NCBI RefSeq assembly: GCF_020745735.1
Contig: NC_083443.1
Span: forward strand, 12,327,006-12,391,005
Origin: Hemiscyllium ocellatum
Lineage: Eukaryota
Direction: 5' to 3'
Length of the DNA stretch: 64,000 nucleotides
In this document: positions 52,130 through 64,000 of the stretch, in pieces
Layout of the letters: each line of letters begins with the position of its first letter
Numbering within the stretch: the stretch's first letter is position 1
Notes under the pieces: generated by a model
Seen by the model: the letters and a program-made list of their open reading frames with translations, nothing else
Database searches by the model: none
Told to the model about the DNA's origin: nothing
Position numbers and translations under genes: made by a program

Positions 52130-52800
52130 ATAACTTTATGATGATGAAGGGTGGGTTAACAAGAAACCTTTGACAAAGAAAAGACTTATAGCATTCTATT
52201 TTGTTATACTCTTTTCATCATGTACCTCAGGAACCTGGAAAATATTTGGAAAAAAAAGAGGGCTAGCGAGTTTTGAGAAGATTTATAGCTCAGGTTGAGG
52301 TTCTAGATGTAGGTTTGTTCACTGAACTGGAAGGTTCATTTTCAGGTCTGGAGGCTCACTGATGATGTTACCTAGTATGGTGACGAAACATCATTTTCAG
52401 ATGTTTCATCACCATACTAGGTAACATCATCAGTGAGCCTCCAGACCTGAAAATGAACCTTCCAGCTCAGCGAGCAACCCTACATCCAAAAAAGAGGGAT
52501 TTCAATCCTGGATCTAAGAAGTGTGCTAAAAATTCCATATACAGACCAGAAGAAAAATGAAGAGGTGCTTAAAACTGCAGGAGTAAAACGAACTTTAACA
52601 AAGGACATCCTGAAAAGAAAATGTCAGTGTTTGGGCCATTTGATCAGAGCTGAAAAGCCTCTTCTCGAGGGTAAATGGCAGCTGAAAGAGGGGTCAACCT
52701 CAACACTGTTAGAAGATGGAAGTCACAGAGCAGTTACAGATGAGCGACAGTGAATGTGAGGATGTCGCAAGACAGACAAATGTGACAAACTGTGATAGCA
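52130..52800 (+). mobile_element. RTE-clade LINE 3' remnant, interrupted by the 52263-52487 element
   Basis: LKIPYTDQKKNEEVL...ILKRK.Q.LGHLIR...LLEGK, typical of an RTE ORF C-terminus. Confidence 0.6.
52263..52487. mobile_element. Fold-back element of another PLE family with two opposed hammerhead motifs
   Basis: 87-bp arms 52306-52392/52400-52486; CTGATGA-t-gttacc(tagtat)ggtgac-GAAAcaTC; TSD aaaaaagaggg. Confidence 0.8.
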
Positions 52801-53030
52801 GATCTCCCAGCAAAAGCACCTAAAACCTACCCTGGTTACAGATATATGATGAATGTTAGCAGGTTTCTCAATATAATCCCATGAGAGGAACAGGTTGCAG
52901 AATTCATTAATGTAAGAAATAACTGTAGGCACTGATGACAGATGTTTTTTAATCCCATCTTGCTGATTAGTTTCTTGATGTATGTGTCCATTCATGACTG
53001 CCTTTCAACTTGCAACTGGCATCATAACAT

Positions 53031-53041
53031 TCAGTGCAAAC
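53031..53041 (-). CDS. PLAC9: PLAC9 exon 4 coding part (G-L-H-stop)
   Basis: tttttccattcaccag|GTTTGCACTGA; a very short terminal CDS, as recalled for human PLAC9. Confidence 0.6.
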
Positions 53042-56000
53042 CTGGTGAATGGAAAAATAATGGAATTTAGACAGGAGATAATCACAAAGTTCTTTTTGTA
53101 CCATCCCCACCCCCAAACCTACTAATTACAAAGTAGGGGCTGTTGTTGCACGGTGGCAGCATCTTGATTAGAATCTTTAGATTTGAGTCTCACATCAGGA
53201 TTTGTTGGCCAGAAAAGGTGCACAGATAACCTCAAAATTGGAGGACTGTCAGTCTGTAGGTCCTTCTAATCTACCTGAGGACAGGAGGTAACAGCAAGAG
53301 AGTTTCCTGGTCAGCCATCCTGCAGAAGACAGTGCCAAACCATGCAGTGCCTTGTACATAAATTTGGACCAATCTAGTGGAACTCTTTGTTCCAAACCTC
53401 AGAAATGAGAACAGGAGAAAAGGCATATCTTCAAAGGAACAAATAAATCTGGGGTTCAGCATGACCTCAACCCTTCACCCTGACATGTGAGCTCCATGAG
53501 AACTGTCTGGCCACTTAACCATAAGGACATCACTTGGTTTTGTCCTGGCAAATTATTCCAGTCTGATCTGGTTCTTGAGTAAAAAGTGAGGTCTGCAGAT
53601 GGGACCATTCCTGATGAAGGGCTCTGGCCCGAAACGTCGAATTTCCTGTTCCTTGGATGCTGCCTAACCAGCTGTGCTTTAACCAGCAACACATTTTCAG
53701 CTCTGATCTAGTTCTTGTCCAACATCTAAAAGTTGTGCATATGTGCATTCACACATACATAGGAGCATCTACATGTGCATGTACAGATTCACAAAATTGC
53801 ATGCACCACACTTGAAGGCAAAAGTTGCTTTAGCCCTCGTGAAAAGGTCAGCTAACTCAGGATAGATTTTCTAGAACCACACCATATGATGCCTTTCCTA
53901 AGTAAGCACTCAATAAACTTTTTACAAAGAAAAGGGATTTTGTTTTCTCTTTAAATGCTTCCCCACCCTCCCTTACCAACAGCCTCCCCAACAAAACTCC
54001 TGCTTCTTTCCCAAGAATAGGAACTCCTTGCTCAGAATAATTTCACAGATGCCAGTTTCCCTCCAAATGTGGCCTTTCACTCCCATAAGCTAGGAGGGTG
54101 AACTTTAGGATAGGGGAAGGATATTGGTTTCTGGAAAAAAATCAAACATTCTGAAGCCAGCAATAGAGTACATGAACTCCAAATACAATTAAACCTTGAA
54201 TTTACTCTCCACATCCCTACTTTCACTGATAACAGAGGAACCTCAATTATCCAAATATTGTTTATCTGAACTTCAGGTTATCCGAAGAAGTTTTCAAGGT
54301 CTGCAAAAACGTTACATCAAAGAGGCAAGTGTATTTGACTTACCTGTATTAAAGAAGATATGAAAACGCTGGCAAAAACAAAGAAACACAAGCAGCTCAA
54401 GCATCAGTGACTAGGTAAGGTTGTTACACAGCCCTTTGCAAAAGTAAGTGTTTCACATTACTATCCAGGTATTCCCGTCACCTTTACCAGCCTTCATTAA
54501 AAAAAAATGGCCAAGAACATAAACACATGTGCAAGTCAGTGCTTCTATCTTCCTAAAGCGAGACTGCGTTCCTGGAAACTGACACATGCTGCTGCGATCG
54601 TAGAAGCTGTTCGGGAGCTTGTTTAATGCTGTCTTCACCACCTTTTGCCAAGTGGTAACTACTGCTGCATTTTTTAAAAGTTCTCTCCTGTTATCATTGC
54701 TTTATTTTGTTCATCATGTGAAATCTGTGTCCTCTTACACTCAATACATCAAAATTATAGATTTAAATAATTCTCCAGTAGAGCACAGCATTAGATCAGC
54801 ATGGCTTCCCTTGTTTAAGATAAAATCAATAATGTGAATAATCAATTATCCAAACAAAATAGTGCCCGCCCATCTCGTTTGGATAATCAAGGTTCCTCTG
54901 TTTGTAAAAACAAATTGGGTAGGAGTAATTGATCAGGTAGAAGGCTTGAAAGGACTATCTCTGAATATACTAGTGTCACACTTTTTCCATTTCACTCACT
55001 AATCAATCTTCTCCTTTCAATGGTGCCAAATCAGAGTCAGATTTGCATCTTGTGCCCATGACCACTGATATGTGGTTGAGAATTATTGAATCTACAGTAA
55101 AACTTGCCAGGAAATAGTAGTGGCAGTAAATCGAAAATGCTGGTTAATGAGGAGTTTAATTATTCCAAAGGAATAACCCTCAGTGCATGCTTGAAACTCA
55201 AAGTATTTTCATACTGAGCAAATAGATGAAACAGAAGGTTTCCTGATGGCTATGGCAATGATTCCGAGAGACTGGGAATGTCACGGTTTCAATCATCAGT
55301 TCGTCAAAAAGGAAGTCAAGTGATGGGAACAGAAATACACAAACCAACATTATTTACGCTAAATGTGTAAAAACACAGCTTCCCAAAGTGGAAGTTGAGA
55401 CCCCGAATGAGTGTGGACATTCCTGTTGGTTCAACAGTCAGTTGTTACTATTTTGAACATGAATTTCACTGTGTTGTATGTATATACACAAGCTGATATC
55501 TTAATCATTCCTAGGAAGAATGGCCTCAAAGTACAAACACGGTACGGGTCATGAGTATATCTAGTGGGTGAATTGAAGGTATGTGACTCGAGTACACTTC
55601 TGAAGTTTAGAAGCAAATTTATCAGGACAGAGTAGAGGGTTCTAGATTCAGTGTTAAACCAGTCCTACACATGACCTGTTATGCTGATTGTTAGTCCTGG
55701 AAGTGGGAATCTGACTGATCTCCCAGTACTGACAGTCCTGCAGTTCAACAAATGCACAATTCATCACTAACAAAGGAAAGGGAGTTACTCCACAAAATGG
55801 ACTCACCATTCTCAAAAATGTCCATGGTTGGAGCTGCCAGCTGAAGTGGGGGGTTTGAGGTCTCAATGACGCTGAGCAAGGCAGATATTTCAGCCTCCAA
55901 GTGATTGACCGTTCGTTCTATATTCTGAAGTAAATGAGAGAGAAGGACAGAAAGAAAAGAAAGCAAAAATCAATAATTAAAGGCTGGTATGATTAAAAAA

Positions 56001-59000
56001 AAGTGACATTCCACATTCTCGAGATCTGCCAAAATACTTTGCGGCCAATGCAAAACGTTTGAAATGTAGGAATCATGGAGTCAGTTCCTCCTTATTGATC
56101 AGATGTCTGACCCATTGCATTTTTCTTCATATTCAATTTCTTTCTATCTTCCATCTTGTGACAGACCATACCTTTCATTCCTTCCTATCCTTTCACTGCC
56201 TAAAACCCCTAACTATTATCTAGTTCTACTAAAAGGCCATCGAACTGCGATATTAATTCTAATTCTTTCTCCACTGATGCTGTGTGACCCATAGCTATCT
56301 GTTATCTTAGATGATTAAGAAATGCAGTATCCTGGCCTCATTTCACATCACTATAACAGATCACCATGTCATTATCACAAAAGCAAAATACTGTGAATGC
56401 TGGATATTGAAACTAAAACAGAAAACATTGGCAAACAGGTCAGACTATATCAGCTGGAAGAGAAAAGCAGAGTTCACATGTCCATCAACGTTACTACAAT
56501 TTAAAATCTCTGCAATCATTCATGATAATATAACCAATGCATATTGTAACCTAGAGTTGCTGTACTTAAAATAGAAAATGGGTTTTGTTACCTTTTCTAC
56601 AATATCCAACCGTTTGTGGAGAGCTTTGTCATGTTCACACCAGTCTCTGGCATCTCTTTGGGGGTATCCTCCTAGAACAAGCAGTGTTATTGAATCAAAA
56701 CACTCTTCTTTCTCCACTGCGCAACTTCTCTCAGCACGGTGGCTCAGTGGTTAATACTGCTGCCTCACAGCGCCAGAGACCTGGGTTCAATTCCAGCCTA
56801 GGGCAACTGGCTGTGTGGAGTTTGCACGTTCTCCCTGTGTCTGCGTGGATTTCTTCTGGGTGCAGGTTAGGGGAATCGGCCATGCTAAAATTGCCCATAG
56901 TATTCAGGGATGTGTAGGTTAATGCATTAGTCAGGGGTAAATATAGGAAAATAGGGTACAGGAATGGATTTGTGTGGGTTACTCTTCGGAGGGTCAGTGT
57001 TGACTTGTTGGGTCGAAGGGCCTGATTCCACACTGTAGGGATTCTAACTCACTCTTTTTTCTCTTTCCAGAAGTTTGGTTAGTAAACATCTATACCAGAT
57101 TTAACTCAATAAAAGAAATGTTTTTTTTTGTTAAAGTTAATATTCCACTGCATTTTAAGTGCTGTGCTATATCATTGTTATTTATCATAACAAAATGTTT
57201 CTTCAGGGACAAAAATGAATGTTTGGAAAATTCTAAATGTGAATGAAAAACTGCTGACAGGTATTATTTGTTACTGCTGACAGCATTTGACTTTGTCCTG
57301 TATTGTTATTTAGCTATCTTACCAATAGGAATTGGCAAATTACTATATTAATACTGTGGTAAGTAGAAGCTTATCCAGTTGAGGTAGTTCCCAGTCCCAC
57401 TCAGTCAGCAGGGATCCAAGTTTACATAGAGCAAAAGATTGGCCTTATTAATACAAAATTTCCAATTAACAGGAACTACTTGTTGCATCACTGATAGGGA
57501 TTTTTTTTTAAATAAGCCAGACAAATTGAATGAACACTTGGAGTATGGGTTAATCAATGAAAAGCAGCAGCACAGATATGTTAAAGGTTACAAGTTAATT
57601 GTGTATTTCACTAACTTGATTTAATTATTTGATATGGTGACAGGGTCTGCTAATGAAGATCATTTGATGGATGTGTGCAAGGACTTTTTCACAGGACACT
57701 TAGTAAAGTACTGCCTCATAAGCCTGTTAGCAAAATTGAAGTGTAGGAGTGTAAAGGGACAGTAGCTACATAATTGGCGAAGGATCAGAAAGCAGATTAA
57801 TGGAGAACAGTTTATTTTTAATGCTGTCTATCAAAGTTAGTATTAGGACCATTGCTCTTTTAGATATATATTAACAAAAGGAAAAAAAGACTTGCATTTA
57901 TGTCATGCCTTTCAGGACCGCAGACTGTTGCAAAGCTCTGTACAGGCCCCTGAAGTACTTTTTGAAATGCGAGTTAGGAAACACAGGCATCAATTCACAC
58001 AGAACAAACTCTCACAATATGAAAATGATAAGATAATCTGTTTTGCGATGTCAACTGACGTGTAAATATTGGAAATAACTTCCTTTCTCCTTCAAAATAT
58101 CTTTTTTTATTTGTGAGTAGCACAAGGCCAGCATTTATAATCCACCCCTAAATGAATTGAGACATGGTAAAATAGTAACATGAGGTCTTCTACATCCATG
58201 GTTTCATTTGGTTCATTGTCTCTTCCAAAGATGCTTCCTAGGTACTGGGCTGCAGTGTCCTCCTTGATTTTTGTGCTCAAGATCCTGAATGGTACTTGGA
58301 CCTACAACTTCCATGACTCAGAGGCAAAAATGCCACTAACTTGAGCTTAAACCTTACGCCAGAAAGGGCAGAAAAAGCCCAGTACATCTGGCAGCATCTG
58401 TGGAGAGAGGATCAGAGTTAATATCGAGTTCATCATGATTCATCTTTGGATGTACACATAACATTAGCTCTGATGCATTCTCCACAGATGCTGCTGGACC
58501 TACTGAGTTTCTAAGGCTAATTTCTGTTTTTATTTCAGATTTCCAGCATCCACAACAATAGCTTTTGTGGCAGCCACATGACCTTGGGTTGAACTTACAG
58601 GGAATCCTTTTGAAGTTTACAGATGATACAAAACTCAGAAATATGGAAAACCGTGAAGAGCACAATAACAGGAAGCAGGCATGGCAGGTAAAATAGACGG
58701 ACATATGGCAGATAAAGTTTAATGAAGAGAAATATGAAGTGATTCATTGTAGGAGGAAGAATGAGGTGCAGCAATATAAACTATGAAGGGACGGAGGAAC
58801 AGAGGGAATTGGGAATGTCAAGTCTTTGAAGGTGGCAGAACAAATTGAGAAGGCTGCTAAAAAGATAAATGAACACATCTTTATATACAGAGGAATGTAG
58901 TGCAAGAACAAGAAAGTTATGCTAAACCTTTACAAAAGATTAGGAGAAAGTGAGGACTGCAGATGCTGGAGATCAGAGTCAAAACACTAGAAAAGCACAG

Positions 59001-62000
59001 TCCGTCAGGCAGCATCCGAGGAGCAGAAGAGTCGAAGTTTTGGGCATCACATTCCTGAGAGCTTATGCATGAAACATTGACTCTCTTGCTACTCAGATGA
59101 TGCCTGACCTGATGTGCTTTTCCAGCACCACACTTCTTGACTCTTCACAAAATATTAGTTAGGTCCCAGTTGGAGTATTGTGGATAATTCTGGGTACTAC
59201 GATGCAAGAAAGTTGTCAAGGTTATAGAGAAGCTGCAAACTTTGCTGGAAAAGTACCATGGATGAAAGGCTTCAAATATCTGGAGAAACTCAAATTATTC
59301 TCCTGAAGGCAGATCGGGTTGAGAAGAGTTTTCAAAGAGCTGTTCAAAGTTTTGAAATGGTTTCTATAGATTATATAAGGACAAACTGCTTCCAGTAGCA
59401 GAATGATCGCTAATCAGAAGACAAAGATTTATGGCAATTCACAACAAAAACAAACATAAACAAGTAAAATATTTTATATACAGCAAGTTGTTGTGATCAG
59501 GAGTGCAACAGATTTAATAATTAGTTCTAAAAGAGCCTTGGATAAACAATTGAAGAAGAAATATTTGCAAACAATGAGGAAGGAGCAGCAGAGTGGGACT
59601 AATTGGACATTTCGTTCAAAGAGTTGACACAAGAACAATTGGCTGAATGGTTTCCTTCTGTGCTGTGTCATTGTATAACCCTATTGTCTTATAATTGTAT
59701 CATTATCTTAACACTGGGAATTAGATGATTATTATTTATCATATTAAATAGAATTGCACTATTTGTTGTGGTTTGAGATCTAGGTTAGTCATGATTATAC
59801 ATGCAGCAATTTTGTGTGGGTGTCCCAACTGTATCTTAACGATAATCTACAGGCCTCACAACAAAAAGCCTAACAAAATTGCCGTATTCCAATTCTGAAT
59901 TCCAATATAAATGACAGCAAAGACTCCAAAAACACTTAGAATCCAGGTGGTACTGCACTGTGCCAGTCCCTATAAAACCCAGCAATAAAATTATTTCTGA
60001 AAATGTATTTTTGCCATTTTCAGATTTAATTTTACAGCAATCCTTCCTCTCTGAGATTTCCCAGTCCCTTAATGAGTTAATTCGTTAGATGAATGATACT
60101 GCACCAGGTAAATTCCAACATAGATCCTTGCTAGGCTAAGCAACAAAGTCTGATTATGCTTTTAAAATCAATTGAAGAAACAAAATGCATACATTAATAT
60201 CAACAGTAACCCTTAAAAGTTTCCACTTGGACAGGTCAGGAAAGATCCTTTGTGCAGTGCAATACACTGATGTTAACACCAGACGGCTCCTTCCACCACA
60301 GTAAACAAGACTCAGCCAAAAACCAACCATAGGAACTCAAACTAAAATTAGGGTTTGCCACTGAGACTTGTAAACCAAAGCAATTTCTTTACTGGATCTG
60401 AATAGCAAGAATGCTTAAAATACAAACAACAGGACTGTCAAAAGACATTATATTTAGCACAGATCCAAAATCTATCCAAGTTATAAAAAAACAAAAGAAC
60501 TGTGGATGCTGGAAGTCAGACACAAAAACAGAAATTGCTGGAAATTCTGGCAGCATCTGTGCAGAGAAGTCAAAGTTAACGTGTCGGGCCAAGTGACTCT
60601 TCCTCAGAACTTCCTCAGTAGCTGGGAAAATGTATTTCTTTTATGCAGAAGATAGGGTAGGGGGAAGCAGTAAGGAGTAAACGATACGTGGAGATATCTG
60701 GATTGTTAGACCTGAAATGTTAACTCTGATATCTCTCCACAGATACTGCCAGACCTGCTGAGCTTTTGCAGCAATTTCTGTTTTTGTTTCAATCCATTAG
60801 GAGTTACCCTGCATAATGCAACAAAAGCAATTTAATCAAAATAGAAGCATATTTGCAAGTGAAGAGATTGTAATGGTGAAGCATAACAAGAAAAAAATAA
60901 TAAAAGTATGTTGTAATTGGGGAGCTTACAGAAATGATGATTATAATGTAATCCTTTAATAATTGGGATTTTTAATAGATGTGTAGTTAGGAAACACAAG
61001 TTACACAGAAGGAGAGAGATAATAATGATTATCCATTGTAATGAAGATGCTCAAATAGGAACCATCTTGACTTCCTTTCCATGGGACAGCAACTATTACC
61101 CATCCATAATTGTCCTAGAATTTAGGGCGGCACGGTGGTTAGCACTGCTGCCTCACAGCGCCAGAGACCCAGGTTCAATTCCCACCTCAAGCGACTCTCT
61201 GTGTGGAGTTTGCACATTCTCCCCGTGTCTGCTTGGGTTTCCTCTGGCTGCTCTGGTTTCCCCCCACAGTCCAAAAATGTGCAGGTTAGGTGATTTGGGC
61301 ATGCCAAATTGCCCGTAGTGTTAGGCGAAGGGGTAAATGTAGGGGAATGGGTCTGGGTGGGTTACGCTTCGGCGGCTCAGTGTGGACTTGTTGGGCCGAA
61401 GGGCCTGTTTCTACACTGTGAGTAATATAATCTAAAAACTTATTGGCATACATGTACTAGGCTATTTCAAAGTCTTGTCACATTTCGACAAGACCAAATA
61501 GAGCAGGATAAAAGGTCGGCACAACATTGAGGGCTGAAGGGCCTGTACTGTGCTTTACTGTTCTATGTTCAGTAAAGATGGCAGATTTTCGTTCCTAAAT
61601 GAGATAATTGAACTAGGTGGGTATTTACAATACTTGGTATTGGTTAGGTATGGTTGCCATTAGTTTAGCTTTTAAATTTCATTTTGTTAAATTTAAACGT
61701 CATCTAGCATGGTGGGATTTAAAACTATGCCCCACAGCATTAGTGTAGAACTGGGGATTACTACTGCAGTGACATTATCACAATACCACTGTCTCCCACC
61801 ACCCCCAAGCACTGTAATGAAGATTCAGGACTCAGAAACTAGCTTTGGTTGGGCTGACCTGGTCTACATTTGACATTTAGAATTCTCTGTTTCTCTTCCA
61901 TCAGCATACGTAGATATTTGCTTGTCCTCTCCCTTTAATTTGCCCTGATGTGTTTTGGGGACTGAGACCTGTGACTCTCAGGTCAACCCTGAGGAACTAA

Positions 62001-62847
62001 GGACCATGGTCTCTCTGTCCTGGGACACAATGAACGTTGAAACCACTATCTCCCAGGGTAACTCCCTGAACATTGTATGGAAAAAAAATGGGAGCATAGT
62101 TATCCTTGGGATACACTGAGGAACTGATGTGGACACTGTCTCCCATAGTGCAGAGTGCAGCACACTGTGGACTGAGTTCACTATCTCCTGTAATCATCCC
62201 TGGGTGCTCTGCAAACTAAGAACATTGCTTTTCATACTCACTCATATTAAGGAACTGGGATGGGGAGGTGCATTTTTACCTAGTCCCAGCTGGGATACAG
62301 GTTCAATGCCATATTGACGTCTCAGGTACACACTAAGCTGTAGTGCCATGTACTTATACCTCCCTCGGCTATTGGAAAAACATTGAAACCCTTCAATAAT
62401 GGATTCGCCCTGGCGCTTTTCTCCCCAGCCCCAACCCTCACGCACATTCCTTTTACACAAAATCTGATTTCTCCCCGTTGCAGTTTTTAAAACCCATAAT
62501 CCCAATTTTGAACATTGCTGCTGGTTTCTCATCTGACACTTTTCCGTTCTTTTCCCTTTAATTCCTCCCTTTACCCTGTACCAAACATTTCTCCTGTTCC
62601 TCAAAGATTTGAAACCAACACAAAAAAGTAGTAAATCCAACCTAAGGCAATGTAGAAAACAAATACCGTGTGGCGAGTGGGGGTGATGTAATGTTTACTT
62701 TAACCCTGGGGTGGTTAGATAAATAAATGGTCCCAAAATGTTGAAAGAGCCGAACAATTCACCGAGTGATTCCCGTGACCGTCACCTACCAGTCGTGGCC
62801 AGACCCAAGAGGAGCAAAGCTGCAGACAAAACCCACACACCCCTCAT
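53031..62847 (-). CDS. PLAC9: Placenta-associated 9, secreted, 88 aa. Exons: 62790-62847, 56592-56671, 55807-55924, 53031-53041
   Basis: MRGVWVLSAALLLLGLATTGGYPQRDARDWCEHDKALHKRLDIVEKNIERTVNHLEAEISALLSVIETSNPPLQLAAPTMDIFENGLH*; matches recalled human [33 protein letters not shown]; intron phases 1/0/1 are consistent. Confidence 0.9.
53607..53642 (+). ncRNA. Minimal type I hammerhead ribozyme motif (best-preserved copy)
   Basis: attc-CTGATGA-a-gggc(tctg)gccc-GAAA-cg-TC-gaat: stem I attc/gaat, full core, 4-bp stem II, loopless palindromic stem III, GUC cleavage triplet. Confidence 0.8.
54233..54900. mobile_element. pogo/Tigger-like non-autonomous DNA transposon
   Basis: TIRs cagaggaacctcaattatccaaa / tttggataatcaaggttcctctg. 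Confidence 0.7.
55807..55924 (-). CDS. PLAC9: PLAC9 exon 3
   Basis: 118 nt, pyrimidine tract cttcag|...G|gtgagt. Confidence 0.92.
56592..56671 (-). CDS. PLAC9: PLAC9 exon 2
   Basis: 80 nt, gttctag|...AAG|gtaaca. Confidence 0.9.
56732..57046 (+). mobile_element. HE1-type SINE, 60 bp from the PLAC9 exon 2 acceptor
   Basis: Consensus match. Confidence 0.88.
57890..58340 (-). mobile_element. Deu-domain SINE (SacSINE1/AmnSINE1-like), old
   Basis: ttgcatttat..gcctttca...gaagtactttttgaa resembles the recalled Deu core. Confidence 0.5.
58943..59144. mobile_element. Fold-back PLE-derived element (degenerate hammerhead) inserted in an old CR1
   Basis: ggagaaagtgaggactgcagatgctgg head, inverted arms, imperfect 13-bp TSD. 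Confidence 0.7.
60490..60790. mobile_element. Fold-back PLE-derived element of a further family (related copies at about 58370-58555 and 5640-5850)
   Basis: aaaaacagaaattgctgg...gcaatttctgtttttg inverted ends; degenerate minus-strand CTGAGGA core at about 60575-60612. Confidence 0.65.
61124..61423 (+). mobile_element. HE1-type SINE
   Basis: Consensus match. Confidence 0.88.
62790..62847 (-). CDS. PLAC9: PLAC9 exon 1 (signal peptide)
   Basis: gacATG, hydrophobic core, donor G|gtaggt, CpG-enriched context. Confidence 0.85.
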
Positions 62848-63717
62848 GTCGTGCAGTAAATCCTTCTTTCTCCTTGTCTTCGCGATCCTAGCCCCGACAC
62901 GATGAAACTGGCAGGGAGAGAGAGAGCGAGAGAGATTTCTGCTGGATATCCTCCAAAGTTCCAACCCCAAACTGCGCCCTTCCGTTTGTATTGCTCACTG
63001 TGGTGATGTAAATCTTTTAACCTCTCCTTCCCTAGGAGCAGTACCCGCTGCTCACATCTTTTAATTTTTTTTATTAGTAGTTCTGGAAACTGTATTGCTA
63101 ATAGCTCACGTGAGATTGATTTTTCCTGGTATTTGCCAAAACAAAAGTCCGTAGACTCTCAAGGATAAGGAAGGGACGTGTGTTAATTTTTGGTTTCACT
63201 GTGCGGGGGCGCAAAATTACATTTCCCTCACAGGTGGATCTTCCATTCAAAGAAAAACAAACGAGATCCCTCTCATCTCCTGGCTCATATTTACCCCTCA
63301 ACCGAAGACTCAAAACGAATTAAATTGTCACGATCTAATTGCTGTTTGTGGAAACCTGCTAAGCACAAGTCTGCTGTATTACAACAATATTATCTGACCA
63401 GTGAGTATTGCCCTTCACTGTCAGTGGAGAATCATGGAACTTCCTTCTCGACAACACAGTGGGTATACCTAACCACAGGCCTGCCGCTGTTTAAGGTAGC
63501 TACCAACACCCTCTCAAAGACAGTTAGTGACATGCCTAGCCAATGTTGCACCCCGGCCAATGAAAGAATCAATTAATAGTCCCACCAAGGTAGGTGCAGA
63601 GTGGCCATGAGATACTGGGAAATGCTGCTCGATTTTTCGTTTCCCTATACTTCGAATATAATTTATCCCTCCCCCCCCCTCATCTGTTGTCATTCCTGGA
63701 AGAAGCACGTAACTTTG

Positions 63718-63917
63718 ACAGAGTGGTGCTGGAAAAGCACAACAAATCAGGGAGCATCTGAGGAGCAGGAAAATCAACGTTTCAGGCAAAAGCCCTTCAT
63801 CAGGGATAAGAATCAGGCTCTCCTGCTCCTCAGATGCTGCCTGACCTGATGTGCTTTTCCAGCACCACTCTAATTTTGACACTAATCTTCAGCATCTGCA
63901 GTACCCACTTCTGCCTA
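63718..63917. mobile_element. Fold-back PLE-derived element, hammerhead on minus strand at about 63773-63806
   Basis: Inverted arms; minus CTGATGA-a-gggc(tttt)gcct-GAAAcgTT; flanking taactttg repeats. Confidence 0.7.
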
Positions 63918-64000
63918 CATAACTTTGGTAGTTGATGTATTGGTTTTCATTTTCCAAAAGTCATTAGATTTGAGGAAGGTTCCTTCAGATTGAAAAATAG

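Larger units (their letters stand above)
57480..59670 (+). mobile_element. Old, fragmented CR1-clade LINE with younger insertions
   Basis: QQHRYVKG..TNLI, WQIKFN, RSQLEYC..FW remnants. Confidence 0.6.

Noticed and set aside
1-64000. CRISPR arrays, prokaryotic operons or defence systems
   Set aside because: The sequence is intron-rich vertebrate DNA; no regularly spaced repeat-spacer array was seen

Overview
Vertebrate genomic DNA, almost certainly elasmobranch (shark-type HE1 SINEs and HER1/CR1 LINEs throughout). Two spliced protein-coding genes can be rebuilt on the minus strand from GT-AG boundaries and phase. NCOA4 has 10 coding exons (17230->4022, about 686 aa) and two candidate promoters: a CpG island at about 38.1 kb and a TATA/CRE/HRE promoter at about 21.0 kb. 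PLAC9 has 4 exons (62847->53031, 88 aa). The rest is mostly CR1 LINEs, HE1 and Deu-type SINEs, Penelope-like elements (PLEs), an RTE fragment and pogo-like MITEs, often nested. Two things stand out. (1) More than a dozen intact or degenerate minimal type I hammerhead ribozyme motifs from about four families, carried by PLE ends and by short fold-back non-autonomous elements with 10-16 bp TSDs. (2) An NCOA4 that keeps the iron-binding Cys cluster but seems to lack the canonical ferritin-H binding motif at its usual position, while carrying a triplicated WGHxQGLExWLL motif and an apparently duplicated C-terminal exon. All homology calls are from recalled sequences, not database searches.
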